64,000 nucleotides of DNA, from IMG/VR virus record IMGVR_UViG_3300042553_000685; one strand, written 5' to 3'. Position numbers and translations under genes: made by a program. Of the stretch, positions 1 to 9,449 are shown piece after piece (position 1 is the stretch's first letter; each line of letters begins with the position of its first letter). The DNA comes from a virus. Under the pieces are notes generated by a model. The model was not told where the DNA came from, did not search any database, and saw only the letters and a program-made list of their open reading frames with translations.

Positions 1-66
1 TCTGCCAACTCCACTAAGCTTGCGGATACGGATCGCCAGGGAGGTAGTGTACCTCCTGCTCGGGTT

Positions 67-462
67 ATGGCTAACCTTATGCCTGCTAAACTAGCTAAGG
101 AGCCCGCGGTAATCTACCATCTTATAAAGGCCCGCGCCCGTACTCTCACATACGGCGCTCTCGAACGGGGCAACTTCGCTCGCAAGAGCCTTATCATGTC
201 ATCTGCCATATACGGAGCCTTCCGTCGTACTGGCCAGGGTCATGATCCTGTGGTTCCTATGACTCAGGATGACGCGGCCAGTTATGGCGCTGATGATATC
301 GTCCCCGTTAGTGTGTTCGACATGGTAAGTGAGTTCCAACTCTCTAACTATGTCAAGAACCCTCAACTCAAGCAGCTGTTGGAAATCGCAACTGCTGTAC
401 ATCTCGATCTCGGTGACTACAAACTAGAACTCGCTGAAGCTGAAGATCATCCTGATTTCTAA
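67..462 (+). CDS. hypothetical protein (backbone)
   Basis: 131-aa ORF from track; followed by hairpins and a T-run; no recognisable motif. Confidence 0.5.
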   Translation: MANLMPAKLAKEPAVIYHLIKARARTLTYGALERGNFARKSLIMSSAIYGAFRRTGQGHDPVVPMTQDDAASYGADDIVPVSVFDMVSEFQLSNYVKNPQLKQLLEIATAVHLDLGDYKLELAEAEDHPDF

Positions 463-486
463 TTACAATGGGGTCATATGACCCCT

Positions 487-512
487 GGGGCCACCTGGCC
501 CCTTTTTCTTTT
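487..512 (+). terminator. rho-independent terminator candidate
   Basis: ggggcca/tggcccc stem (487-502) followed by tttttctttt; preceded by second hairpin ggggtcatatgacccc (470-485). Confidence 0.55.
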
Positions 513-540
513 AGTGGAGCTCTTTACTCCATATGATAGG

Positions 541-925
541 TAGTATCTGGTATTGCCCATGACAGCGAATGTTACTAGCGGCGGCTTATGCTCGTGACGG
601 CGAATTCTATTAGCGGTGGCAATAAACTATCTGTTGGGTACTCCCTAAGCACCCAGCAAGAGCTGCGTTAGTTTCATTAGCCACTCCCTTTCAGAAGAGC
701 TATTGTCGCGATAGCTACCATAGCTATATTAGCCACTCCCCAACGGAGGAGCTTATGGTACTCGAGCTGCGAAAGTAGCCAGTGCCACTCCCCAACAGAG
801 GGGCTTGTGTCGCACTAGTCGTGATAACTACTATAGCTGCACTAGCTGCTCTAGCCACTCCGTTGGGGAGGGCCTATGGTACTCGAGCTGCGAAAGTAGT
901 CGATACCACTCCCCAACGGAGGGAT
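541..925. repeat. complex intergenic repeat / hairpin array
   Basis: 25-nt pair gacRgcgaatNNtaNtagcggYggc at 561-585 and 596-620. Five copies of CCACTCC-N5-GGAGG hairpin motif at 681-700, 733-752, 785-804, 855-874 (loop inverted: gttgg instead of ccaac) and 906-925. Exact 25-nt repeat tatggtactcgagctgcgaaagtag at 754-778 and 875-899 (period 121 bp). Confidence 0.85.
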
Positions 926-963
926 ATAACCTCTAATTACTCATTATTACCTATTAGCTAGCC

Positions 964-1650
964 ATGAGAACACAACGCGCCGCCAAAACCACCGCAGGAA
1001 CCACCGCCAAAACCACTACTACTCTATCCCCTATAGAAGCATTCAAAGCAGCGGTAGCAGAACCTAAACCACAGGAATCCAAAGCGCAACTGCTTTTCTC
1101 AATAGCGTTTACAACTAAGTTCCTTCCAGAACGCATGTGGAGCAAAATGTGTGCCGATGGAACCGTCCGGCTAATCGGCACAGTCGCGCGGACTAATAAC
1201 ATTACCCATCAGGGCAACCCAGTCAACAACGACCAGTTAGCTGGTCTCACAGTTGAAGTCCGGGTAACACCGGACCAATTTGAGATTATCACTGATGGCG
1301 CTGAAGACATGGTAGGAGGGGGCGTCTCTATCCTGTTTGAAGTAGGGGAGCCCAGCTTATCTGAACTCACCGCAGCAAACGGTGAGGAAGTCAATAGCAT
1401 TGTCTTCTACGCTAAGTCCTTATTAGGCATAGAAGTCAATCAGACTGCTATCGGCAGCCTAGGCTTTGAGACAAAGGAAAAGATGGATGACTGGTTCTTA
1501 GCAGCGCGGTCTCAGAATAATAATCGGCAGAAGCGCCGGCAGGAGGAACGTACTTCCCGACTGCAAGCTGCTCGTGCAGCAGCAGATGCAGCAAATAATA
1601 ATAATACGGAGTGGGCGGCCCCTGCCGCAAGCACCAATCCTATGGAATAA
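964..1650 (+). CDS. hypothetical protein, low-complexity N and C termini
   Basis: 228-aa ORF; T/A-rich N-terminus, basic RQKRRQEER tail; no catalytic motif recognised. Confidence 0.55.
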   Translation: MRTQRAAKTTAGTTAKTTTTLSPIEAFKAAVAEPKPQESKAQLLFSIAFTTKFLPERMWSKMCADGTVRLIGTVARTNNITHQGNPVNNDQLAGLTVEVRVTPDQFEIITDGAEDMVGGGVSILFEVGEPSLSELTAANGEEVNSIVFYAKSLLGIEVNQTAIGSLGFETKEKMDDWFLAARSQNNNRQKRRQEERTSRLQAARAAADAANNNNTEWAAPAASTNPME

Positions 1651-1653
1651 GAA

Positions 1654-1713
1654 TCAGCTGACCTTATCGGAGGTCGGCTGATATACGCCTCTCTACCAGT
1701 AGAGAGGCGTATA
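1654..1713 (+). terminator. tandem strong hairpins after ORF 964-1650
   Basis: tcagctgacc/ggtcggctga (1654-1681) and perfect 14-bp stem tatacgcctctcta/tagagaggcgtata (1682-1713); no clear T-run, so terminator function uncertain. Confidence 0.4.
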
Positions 1714-1739
1714 AACCGTTCTACTACAGAGAGAAGGAA

Positions 1740-2750
1740 ATGAACGCTACACCACACACAATAATATCTAGACAGGGCGTCGAACAAAATAGAAGACAGT
1801 TTAAAGAACAACCCTTCGGGGAAGATTTGGGCAACGACATAACCTTAGAAATGGTTGCTATCCCAGGGGGAACTTTCCTGATGGGTTCATCGCCAAATGA
1901 GAAATATAGTTTTGATGATGAACACCCTCAACATCAAGTAAGTGTCCCACCCTTTTTCATGGGTAAATACCCCATCACTCAGGCTCAGTGGAAAGAGGTT
2001 GCCTCTCGCACAGATTTAAAAGTTGAAAGAGACCTTGATCTCAACCCAGCCTATTTTAAAGACCGTCCCGATAGTGATCGCCGCCCCGTAGAACAAGTCA
2101 ACTGGTACGATGCCGTTGAATTTTGTGCGAGATTATCGATACTGACGGGAAGGGAATACCGACTACCGAGTGAAGCGGAATGGGAATACGCTTGTCGTGC
2201 TGGAACTACTACCCCATTCTACTTTGGGGAAACCATTACAGGGGAATTGGCTAACTATGACGCCAGCGAAACAACTCCCGTGGGACAATTTACACCCAAT
2301 GCCTTCGGACTGTACGATATGCACGGCAATGTCTGGGAATGGTGTGCTGATACTTGGCATGATAACTATGACGGTGCGCCTAGTGACGGTAGTGTTTGGC
2401 TTGATAATAATCAAGAGGAAAATATTGATGGAAAGAGCAGATTCGGCACATATTCTGTCATGCGGGGCGGTTCTTGGTGCATACATCCGTCTTACTGCCG
2501 TTCCGCTTCCCGCAGCAGCCGCGATCGCCGCGACTACTTCAACCTCTACGGTTTTCGGGTAGTCTGCGTCGACCTTGATCGCGAGGGTGCTGATTCCCCT
2601 CGATTTTGGGATAAAGCTGATCGCTTGATGGTGGTGACGGTAGGAGGTGCAGCCCTAGGTGGATCGATTGCGGGAGTTTACGGTGCGGTTATTGGTGCGA
2701 TATTAGCGGCGGGCTGCGGATGGTATATTACCTTTAGGAAAGCAAAATGA
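1740..2750 (+). CDS. FGE-sulfatase (SUMF1-like) domain protein with C-terminal glycine-zipper membrane anchor
   Basis: Motifs GGTFLMGS, HQVSVPPFFMGKYPITQAQW, VNWYDAVEFC, YRLPSEAEWEYACRAG, GLYDMHGNVWEWC, RGGSW, GFRVVC; C-terminal VVTVGGAALGGSIAGVYGAVIGAILAAGCGWYI hydrophobic segment. Confidence 0.85.
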   Translation: MNATPHTIISRQGVEQNRRQFKEQPFGEDLGNDITLEMVAIPGGTFLMGSSPNEKYSFDDEHPQHQVSVPPFFMGKYPITQAQWKEVASRTDLKVERDLDLNPAYFKDRPDSDRRPVEQVNWYDAVEFCARLSILTGREYRLPSEAEWEYACRAGTTTPFYFGETITGELANYDASETTPVGQFTPNAFGLYDMHGNVWEWCADTWHDNYDGAPSDGSVWLDNNQEENIDGKSRFGTYSVMRGGSWCIHPSYCRSASRSSRDRRDYFNLYGFRVVCVDLDREGADSPRFWDKADRLMVVTVGGAALGGSIAGVYGAVIGAILAAGCGWYITFRKAK

Positions 2751-2789
2751 AAACTTTGTTATCAGCAATCAAATAATAGAGGTTATGTC

Positions 2790-3155
2790 ATGTTGTCATT
2801 TGAAGAGCTTCAGAGTAAAGCATTAGCAGAGAAACAATTGCTGTCATATGAAGAGTTTCAGAATCGGGTCTTAGAGGTATTTAATGCCTCTGAAGAAGAG
2901 TGCGATTTTTATGATTTCTCGCGTAGTTTCGTTGCAGAAATTAGTTACACTAATCGCCAGTGGTTACAGTTTGTGATCAAGTATATCACAGACCCTGAAA
3001 ACTGTTACTGTGGCCACTGGATTACCGTAAAAAGGTACGACAAGGCCTGTAAGAGTATTACTGAGTTATTGCCTCAAGCAATAGAAGTTCTTGCACAAAG
3101 AACAGAGGAAAGTATAAAAGAAGAAATTGCTGTTTTTAACCAATTAAAGAAGTAA
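2790..3155 (+). CDS. hypothetical protein (cassette-type composition)
   Basis: 121-aa ORF preceded by gaggt RBS-like sequence. Confidence 0.5.
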   Translation: MLSFEELQSKALAEKQLLSYEEFQNRVLEVFNASEEECDFYDFSRSFVAEISYTNRQWLQFVIKYITDPENCYCGHWITVKRYDKACKSITELLPQAIEVLAQRTEESIKEEIAVFNQLKK

Positions 3156-3169
3156 TTAGGGAGTAAAAA

Positions 3170-3355
3170 ATGAGCCTCTGCCTATCATGCGCCCGTCCTA
3201 AAGATAAAGACCCGTGTATGGGTCAATTCTCTGACGGGCATTACTATTGGGGAACTCCAGTAGTTCGGTCCGAATTGGAGAAGGTACCTTCTTGGGTACG
3301 GGATAAAGAAGTATATTCTGTTAAGGAGTGCAGCAGATGGGAAGAAAACCCTTAA
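3170..3355 (+). CDS. small Cys-containing hypothetical protein
   Basis: 61-aa ORF, RBS-like gggagt upstream; overlaps next ORF by 28 nt. Confidence 0.35.
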   Translation: MSLCLSCARPKDKDPCMGQFSDGHYYWGTPVVRSELEKVPSWVRDKEVYSVKECSRWEENP

Positions 3356-3966
3356 GTGCCTTAATAATATGTGCAATAACGGCACTCGGCGTAGCTGCAT
3401 TCGCTGGCGTAGGATCTAACCTATCGAAGGCCTCGCCTTCCATATGTAGCGCTAATAATGACAAGGTAGTAGATAGAGTTAAGGTAATCACATCCACCGA
3501 TCCCCTACTTGCCTCTAATAGGAGAGGCTGTTATGTATATATACCCTTAGATGGGCCCCCGCCTGAGATAGGCGAGCGGTTAACTATACGAGGGAGAATG
3601 GTGAATGGTGAGTTTAAGGGCACCTATAACCGTACTTATCTAGACTATGATAGTGATAGCAACCCTAGGCTTAAGAAGCGGTTCCTCAGAATAGAGGAGC
3701 CCTTACAAGAGACCGAACCTGGTTCTGGTTACTATCTGTTAGGTAACCTCAGCCTACGCGTCGATGCGCTCGACGTGCGGGCCATCAATTATGCGTTACG
3801 ACACGGCGGTGTCGTATACGCCATCATCGAATGGGACCAAGGTGTAGTTTATACTATGACCTTCGTTAACGAGACCGAGTTCTATGAGGCCATAAAACGT
3901 GCTAGATACACTACTCGCTCTTATACTAGGGAGGAGGCCCCCGCCCATACCAGTAGAGCTATGTGA
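3328..3966 (+). CDS. hypothetical protein with N-terminal signal/anchor
   Basis: 212-aa ORF; N-terminal LSALIICAITALGVAAFAG hydrophobic segment. Confidence 0.5.
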   Translation: MQQMGRKPLSALIICAITALGVAAFAGVGSNLSKASPSICSANNDKVVDRVKVITSTDPLLASNRRGCYVYIPLDGPPPEIGERLTIRGRMVNGEFKGTYNRTYLDYDSDSNPRLKKRFLRIEEPLQETEPGSGYYLLGNLSLRVDALDVRAINYALRHGGVVYAIIEWDQGVVYTMTFVNETEFYEAIKRARYTTRSYTREEAPAHTSRAM

Positions 3967-4204
3967 TATAAAGCGCCATAATGGCGCCCACGTGACAATT
4001 AGGAAGGCCTGGGTTAAGAGCACTACATACTCTAACCCTCTACTACCCGACCATGCCTACGCCCTCCTATACGAGGACGTAGGCACTAGTAGGTGCAGTG
4101 TACTTATCCTGGCTAAAAGAATACGCAGCGGTAGGTTTATAGAAGTAACGGGTAACGTTAGTAACGGCACGTTAATTAACGTTACCTTTAAAACATTACC
4201 TTAG
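3899..4204 (+). CDS. hypothetical protein, start uncertain
   Basis: 101-aa ORF overlapping previous ORF by 68 nt; real start may be internal. Confidence 0.25.
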   Translation: MLDTLLALILGRRPPPIPVELCDIKRHNGAHVTIRKAWVKSTTYSNPLLPDHAYALLYEDVGTSRCSVLILAKRIRSGRFIEVTGNVSNGTLINVTFKTLP

Positions 4205-4214
4205 GGTAAGTCAC

Positions 4215-5258
4215 ATGACAATCGTATTGGGGGCACTGGCCCTCATAGTATCTCTGATACCATATCTCAGTATCGAGATTCTGTTGATGGCGCTTATGCC
4301 GCTTATTAGCGGCGATAACGCGATGGGCGTATTAGCTATAGTGATAATTGGCACTATCACCAGTGAGGCCCGCATGAGTAACCCGGCCTTCACTGGTATG
4401 AGGGTAGTTACCGCCACTAGCGGGTACGACGCATCGGCTTCGCTGTTAATACGCATCACCAGCCTAATTGGTGGCATAGTAGCCAGTCTAGGCATAGTAG
4501 TCATGGACCAATACCTCGGTGTATCTCATATGTGGATAACGCCATTAATGATGGTCATCTTCATATTGGTGCAGTGTTGGGGCCGCGCCGAGATGGTAGG
4601 TCTAGCCGTGATAACGGCTATCTTCCTATGGTTCCTGCATAGTCAGCCCCACGCTACTACCATCCTGGGTATGGGGGGCTACGTTATGGCCAGCCTAATA
4701 CGCCCCGCTAGGCGTAAGACTGAGGACTGTGAGACCAGCAATGCGCTGGGCATCGCTATATCACTAGGACCATTCCTGGCTATTGGGTTACCTGTAGCCG
4801 CAGCCGCCCCTGATGGTAAGACTGAATCCTATCTCGAAGCGGTAGTGCGGGGCATATCATTGGGACTAGTCATGTTAGGTAATAGTAGTGGGCGAGATGC
4901 CATGAGTTCCTATCTGGCCCTAACGGATGTAGATCAGTTGAATTGGCCCGCCTTCGTCGGCGTAGTAGTGTTACTGACGCCCCTATTCTTATCAGCCTAT
5001 TGGCTGACCATCTGGATGATAAGGAGTCCTATGTGGCAACGCTGGTTACACGCCGGCCCCACTCGCCTTATCAATCTAGGTGTAACGGCGGCCGCGCTGG
5101 TCGTGTTGATGGCATCGGCTCACGTTAGTATTCTATTCCTACCGGGGGCCGTATGTCTAGGACTGATGTATATGGTAGGGGAGTTATCAGGAATAGATAA
5201 GATGCTACCCTTCCCCATACTAATAGTCGTCAGTTATATAAGCCAATGGGTCTCCTAG
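4215..5258 (+). CDS. polytopic membrane protein
   Basis: 347-aa ORF with many hydrophobic segments along the whole length. Confidence 0.6.
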   Translation: MTIVLGALALIVSLIPYLSIEILLMALMPLISGDNAMGVLAIVIIGTITSEARMSNPAFTGMRVVTATSGYDASASLLIRITSLIGGIVASLGIVVMDQYLGVSHMWITPLMMVIFILVQCWGRAEMVGLAVITAIFLWFLHSQPHATTILGMGGYVMASLIRPARRKTEDCETSNALGIAISLGPFLAIGLPVAAAAPDGKTESYLEAVVRGISLGLVMLGNSSGRDAMSSYLALTDVDQLNWPAFVGVVVLLTPLFLSAYWLTIWMIRSPMWQRWLHAGPTRLINLGVTAAALVVLMASAHVSILFLPGAVCLGLMYMVGELSGIDKMLPFPILIVVSYISQWVS

Positions 5259-5359
5259 TGTAATACTAGGCCCCAGTGGGGCACTAGGGGACATCGACTG
5301 CGGCCTAATCGGCGGCACTGGGTGTACCCATCCATTAACTACATACGCCGGAGAGCTAT

Positions 5360-5599
5360 ATGCCTATAGAATTAGATGCGCGTCACGTAGCGTATCTATC
5401 ACTGTTCATGTTCGCGGTGATCGTGCTGGTCATCACGCATAGTGTAGCGGTATTGCTAATCGTAGCATTCCTGGCCCGCGCGCTCTATCTATCGAGCTCC
5501 AAGCGGAGCAATGCGCGTATCATACTATCACCTAATGGTGTAGAGAGTCGAGTAGGCGGGAAGAGCTACTGGAAGATAGGGGAGGTAGGAAATGTCTAG
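5360..5599 (+). CDS. small membrane protein
   Basis: 79-aa ORF, hydrophobic segment YLSLFMFAVIVLVITHSVAVLLIVAFLA. Confidence 0.4.
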   Translation: MPIELDARHVAYLSLFMFAVIVLVITHSVAVLLIVAFLARALYLSSSKRSNARIILSPNGVESRVGGKSYWKIGEVGNV

Positions 5600-5814
5600 C
5601 TACCCCATTCATCTATATAGTCTAGCCATTAAGCCGCGATATAAAGAACTAGTAGTTCTTGTATCCAAGGCATGTCTGGAGATGAAGAAGGCCCCCGCAG
5701 GGGGGACCAGCCGTCAAGTATGGCCATACTACGGAGCCCGCCGCGGAGAAGAGTGGCCGCACCACTAAGGGGCACCAGGTCCCGCCTTATCAATTAACCA
5801 ACTAACGAGGTAAT

Positions 5815-6324
5815 ATGAAGCTCAGAATCAAATTGACACGTAGCAACAAGACCCAGCAAGTAACATTTACTACTAGTCCTAAGAATGGCAACACGGTGCT
5901 AACTGGCACCGTGGTGGGGGCCAGTGATTATCAATTGAACGTGAATGGTAACCTCGTTGATGTCAGTGAGTTAGCCATTGGGCTGACTGTTAATCTAGTA
6001 TTCAGACCACAAGATACTGATACTATAGCCAAGCACGTAGCTAATGGTTACCGTATCCATGGAAATGGCAGTCCATTCATCACGATGGTGATTGAATGTC
6101 AAACTAAGAAGCCCGCAGCCGGGGGCAACATAATCATCATGGGGGACGACATTGAGTCAATTGACTATGAAGCATGGAATGACGATACCTTCGTGAATGA
6201 GGACGAGTTAGATATGCTCTTCAATAAGAAGGCAGAAACTAAGGGAGCAAGTGGAGCAGCGCGTGAAGCAAGTGCTCCTACTTCAGGTGCTCCCAACTGT
6301 TTCAACCGTAAGGTAACTCTCTAA
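5815..6324 (+). CDS. hypothetical protein
   Basis: 169-aa ORF with gaggt RBS-like sequence upstream. Confidence 0.5.
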   Translation: MKLRIKLTRSNKTQQVTFTTSPKNGNTVLTGTVVGASDYQLNVNGNLVDVSELAIGLTVNLVFRPQDTDTIAKHVANGYRIHGNGSPFITMVIECQTKKPAAGGNIIIMGDDIESIDYEAWNDDTFVNEDELDMLFNKKAETKGASGAAREASAPTSGAPNCFNRKVTL

Positions 6325-6424
6325 GAGAGACACTAATAGAGAGCTAGAGTAGCCTAGCTATAAATTACACGGCCCGCGGCTACTAGCGGGCCAACCCCGC
6401 TCATACCAGAGGGCGCGTAATACA

Positions 6425-6835
6425 TTGAGTAAACTAAACACAGCACTAGAGGTAATAGCAGAATGGTTAGAGGAGTATGGCCCCGCCCATCTCCCCATTC
6501 TAATGCGATACGCCTTACTAGAGAGATACACATTAACGAAGGCCCGAGAGATGGGCCACGATATTAATATATGTACAACAGCGTTCAAGAGCCTATGGAT
6601 AGAGGCCAATGATGAGGAGGTGCAGATCGCGATATTACTGGGGAGGTATCTAGAGGGAAGAGGAAGAGTAGAATACTTCCGAGAGAGGCCCGAGTTAATA
6701 GAGGCGATGGGCTACTTCATGGCCCTAGGAGACCACGAGTTTTACAGAGGACTAGACAATAAGACAATAAATGCGGCTAGAGAGAGAGCCGCGCGGGCAA
6801 GCAGTACTAGACTAAACAAATCATATGCAAACTAA
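6425..6835 (+). CDS. hypothetical protein
   Basis: 136-aa ORF (alternative start codon in track). Confidence 0.45.
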   Translation: MSKLNTALEVIAEWLEEYGPAHLPILMRYALLERYTLTKAREMGHDINICTTAFKSLWIEANDEEVQIAILLGRYLEGRGRVEYFRERPELIEAMGYFMALGDHEFYRGLDNKTINAARERAARASSTRLNKSYAN

Positions 6836-7070
6836 ATACACAATACGAGCAAAGGATGGTAGGTACCTCTCTCCCATTACTAGAGAGGAAGCAGAGGAGT
6901 TACTGAAGAGCGGTCTAATTAAGAAGGATAGCGAGGACGGGTACATAATGGTAGCAGACAGCGCGTTTGCCGTCAGTCAATACGTGATATATGATTGCCA
7001 GCACTTATGTGATGATTTAATAAATAATAATAAGACAACAGCTACCGCCGAACAGCCCCGCTCCTTATAA
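6825..7070 (+). CDS. hypothetical protein
   Basis: 81-aa ORF overlapping stop of previous ORF. Confidence 0.45.
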   Translation: MQTKYTIRAKDGRYLSPITREEAEELLKSGLIKKDSEDGYIMVADSAFAVSQYVIYDCQHLCDDLINNNKTTATAEQPRSL

Positions 7071-7150
7071 GTAAACAGCCCCTATAAGGGATAGAGCCGA
7101 GAGGTAGAGGGGCCCGTCGTAATTGTGAGTACAGCCTCATAGCAACAGCG

Positions 7151-7477
7151 TCACACGTAGGCGGCCTGCTCACTCCTGAAGATATCAAGTAGGGGATCGA
7201 TAGTAGATCTAAGGCCAGCCATGAGATGGCGAGCTGCATCAGTAGGTAGGCCCCGCCACCAGCGTTGCACCTTCTCCTGAGCCCAATCGAGGCCCAATCG
7301 CGTCATAGTGCACTGTAGTGTGCGCTCAAGCAGGCGGGTGAACTGAGCGAGGGGGCGTATATCACCACTATCGGTACCGTAGTGTGCTACCCACTGAGAG
7401 GGGTCAGCGATAACCTCAGGATTCTGAGTAGCGTAGGCCAGGAGTTTATTCTCGATGGGGTTAAATACAGAAGCCAA
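7151..7477 (-). CDS. hypothetical protein
   Basis: 108-aa ORF on minus strand, backbone composition. Confidence 0.5.
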   Translation of the reverse strand: MASVFNPIENKLLAYATQNPEVIADPSQWVAHYGTDSGDIRPLAQFTRLLERTLQCTMTRLGLDWAQEKVQRWWRGLPTDAARHLMAGLRSTIDPLLDIFRSEQAAYV

Positions 7478-7530
7478 AAACCTAACTAATATTATCCAAA
7501 ATTACTCATGACTTGTGCTATAATAGTTCT

Positions 7531-8139
7531 ATGAGTAAGTTAACCATATCGGAAGCCGCTAAATTGAAAGGTGTAAGCGTATCGACGTTAAGGCGTTGGG
7601 AGTCTGAAGGTAAACTAATTCCAGAACGGACTGCTAATGGGCATCGTCGTTATACAATTTCTCAGTTGCTTGGTTTAAAAGAGAATCTCTCTTATACTGT
7701 TGGCTATTGCCGTGTTTCTAGTCATGACCAAAAGAAGGATTTAGAACGTCAAAAAGAAGTTGTCGAACTGTTTTGCGCTCAAAACGGTTGGCAAGTTGAA
7801 ATTATAGACGACCTAGGTTCAGGACTTAACTACAACAAAAAAGGATTAAAGCGATTAATTCGGTTGATTGTTGATAGTAAAGTAGAGAGATTAGTCTTAA
7901 CTCATAAGGATAGATTACTTAGATTTGGTAGTGAATTAATCTTTAGTCTGTGTGAGCAATTCGGGACTGAAGTTGTCATTATTAATCGAACTGAAGACAG
8001 TACATTTGAGGAGGATTTAGCACAAGATGTCTTAGAGATTATTACGGTATTTTCCGCTAGATTGTATGGCTCTAGAAGCCATAAAAATAGAAAAATCGTA
8101 GAGGAGTTAAGAGACGTTGCTACTAGGATTCAAGACTGA
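7531..8139 (+). CDS. tnpA: IS607-type serine recombinase (MerR-like HTH + resolvase catalytic domain)
   Basis: LTISEAAKLKGVSVSTLRRWESEGKL HTH; catalytic-serine motif GYCRVSSHDQKKDLERQ; ATG at 7531 preferred over track start 7513. Confidence 0.9.
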   Translation: MSKLTISEAAKLKGVSVSTLRRWESEGKLIPERTANGHRRYTISQLLGLKENLSYTVGYCRVSSHDQKKDLERQKEVVELFCAQNGWQVEIIDDLGSGLNYNKKGLKRLIRLIVDSKVERLVLTHKDRLLRFGSELIFSLCEQFGTEVVIINRTEDSTFEEDLAQDVLEIITVFSARLYGSRSHKNRKIVEELRDVATRIQD

Positions 8140-9289
8140 GTTAAAACTAAATAATCAACAACGCTCATTATTAGCCCAACACGCAGGAACCGCACGTCAT
8201 GCTTGGAATTGGGGTTTGGCTTTAACCAAGCAAATTTTAGACCATAATCAAGCTAACCCTGATGAAAAAATCAAGTTTCCTACGGCTATTGACCTTCACA
8301 AATGGTTGGTAGCATTGGTAAAATCAGAGCATGATTGGTATTATCAAGTGTCTAAATGCGCCCCCCAATGGGCGTTAAGAGCTTTATCCGATGCTTGGAA
8401 AAGATGCTTCAAGAAGATAGCCAAACCACCAAATTTCAAGAAGAAAGGTAAACAGGATAGTTTCACTTTAGATGGGAGCATTAAAGTTGCTCATCAAAAG
8501 ATAAAAGTTCCTGTAATTGGTTGGTTAAAAACTTACGAGCGGCTACCCTATGGATACCAGCCAAAATCTGTCACTATTAGTAAAAAAGCTAATAGGTGGT
8601 TTATTAGTTTTAAGATGGAAGTTGAACAGCAAACAACCAATAAAACTCATGATGTAGTTGGTTGTGATCTGGGAATTAAATCTTTAGCTACTTTATCGAC
8701 AGGGGAGACGTTTGAAGGCTCTAAAAGTTATCGTAAATACGAAAAACAATTAGCCAGACTTCAATACTTGAACCGACATAAGGTAAAAGGTTCAAATAAT
8801 TGGAACAAAGCCCAACGGCAAATAGCTAAACTTCATTTTAAAATAGCTAATATCCGTAAAGATACGTTACATAAACTCACCACTTATTTAGCCAAGAACC
8901 ACGGCCAGATAGTAATTGAGGATTTAAATGTGTCTGGGATGATGGCTAATCACAAATTAGCTAAAGCCGTTCAGGATATGGGGTTTTACGAGTTCCGAAG
9001 ACAACTTGATTATAAAACTCAGTTGTATGGTTCGGAATTAATCATAGCCGATAGGTGGTTTCCTAGTAGTAAAACCTGTTTTAATTGTGGGTACAAGAAA
9101 GAGTCTCTATCTTTAACTGAAAGAGTTTTTGAGTGTGAACAATGCCATGCAGTTTGCGGTCGAGACTTGAACGCTAGTCTAAATCTAGCTTCTTTGGCGG
9201 TGAGTTCCACCGTGTCAGCTTGTGGAGTAGATAGTGCCGACACTACTACAGTGAAGCAGGAAGTTAACGTCAAATTTGCTCATGAGTAG
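8117..9289 (+). CDS. tnpB: TnpB (IS605 OrfB family RuvC nuclease)
   Basis: RuvC-I VVGCDLGIKSLATLS, RuvC-II IVIEDLNVSGM, zinc ribbon CFNCGY...CEQCHAVCGRDLNASLNL (RuvC-III D). Confidence 0.9.
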   Translation: MLLGFKTELKLNNQQRSLLAQHAGTARHAWNWGLALTKQILDHNQANPDEKIKFPTAIDLHKWLVALVKSEHDWYYQVSKCAPQWALRALSDAWKRCFKKIAKPPNFKKKGKQDSFTLDGSIKVAHQKIKVPVIGWLKTYERLPYGYQPKSVTISKKANRWFISFKMEVEQQTTNKTHDVVGCDLGIKSLATLSTGETFEGSKSYRKYEKQLARLQYLNRHKVKGSNNWNKAQRQIAKLHFKIANIRKDTLHKLTTYLAKNHGQIVIEDLNVSGMMANHKLAKAVQDMGFYEFRRQLDYKTQLYGSELIIADRWFPSSKTCFNCGYKKESLSLTERVFECEQCHAVCGRDLNASLNLASLAVSSTVSACGVDSADTTTVKQEVNVKFAHE

Positions 9290-9449
9290 ATTTGAGTAGG
9301 TTTAATAGAACGGTCTTGAAACAGTGGGTCATTTGCTGTATAATTGGTTTATTGCGGGTGCGGCGCAAATGAACCTTGAAAACTCCATAGCGTATGGCCT
9401 TTACCACTGGGCGGTTCGAATTAATCTTAAACCCTACTAGGGATTGAAA
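9290..9449 (+). ncRNA. putative TnpB right-end guide RNA (reRNA/omega RNA) scaffold
   Basis: Position only: about 160 nt between the tnpB stop and the inferred right end, which is where TnpB guide-RNA scaffolds are encoded; no model search possible. Confidence 0.35.

Larger units (their letters stand above)
7478..9449 (+). mobile_element. IS607-family element (serine recombinase + TnpB), copy 1; ends approximate
   Basis: Abrupt composition change at about 7478. tnpA/tnpB pair overlaps by 23 nt. tataat box at 7519-7524. Right boundary inferred at about 9449, where homology to a tRNA 3' half begins. Confidence 0.7.

Noticed and set aside
2163-2562. Antisense or alternative-frame ORFs inside FGE-sulfatase genes (also 26133-26641)
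   Set aside because: They lie entirely within strongly supported coding regions, and their products are low-complexity.
7478-7512. Looked for the missing tRNA 5' half at the left end of IS607 copy 1
   Set aside because: No sequence resembling GCAGGATTGGCCGATAGGTGGAGGCACCGTC is present. Only a short ctcat string (7504-7508) resembles the anticodon loop, which is insufficient.
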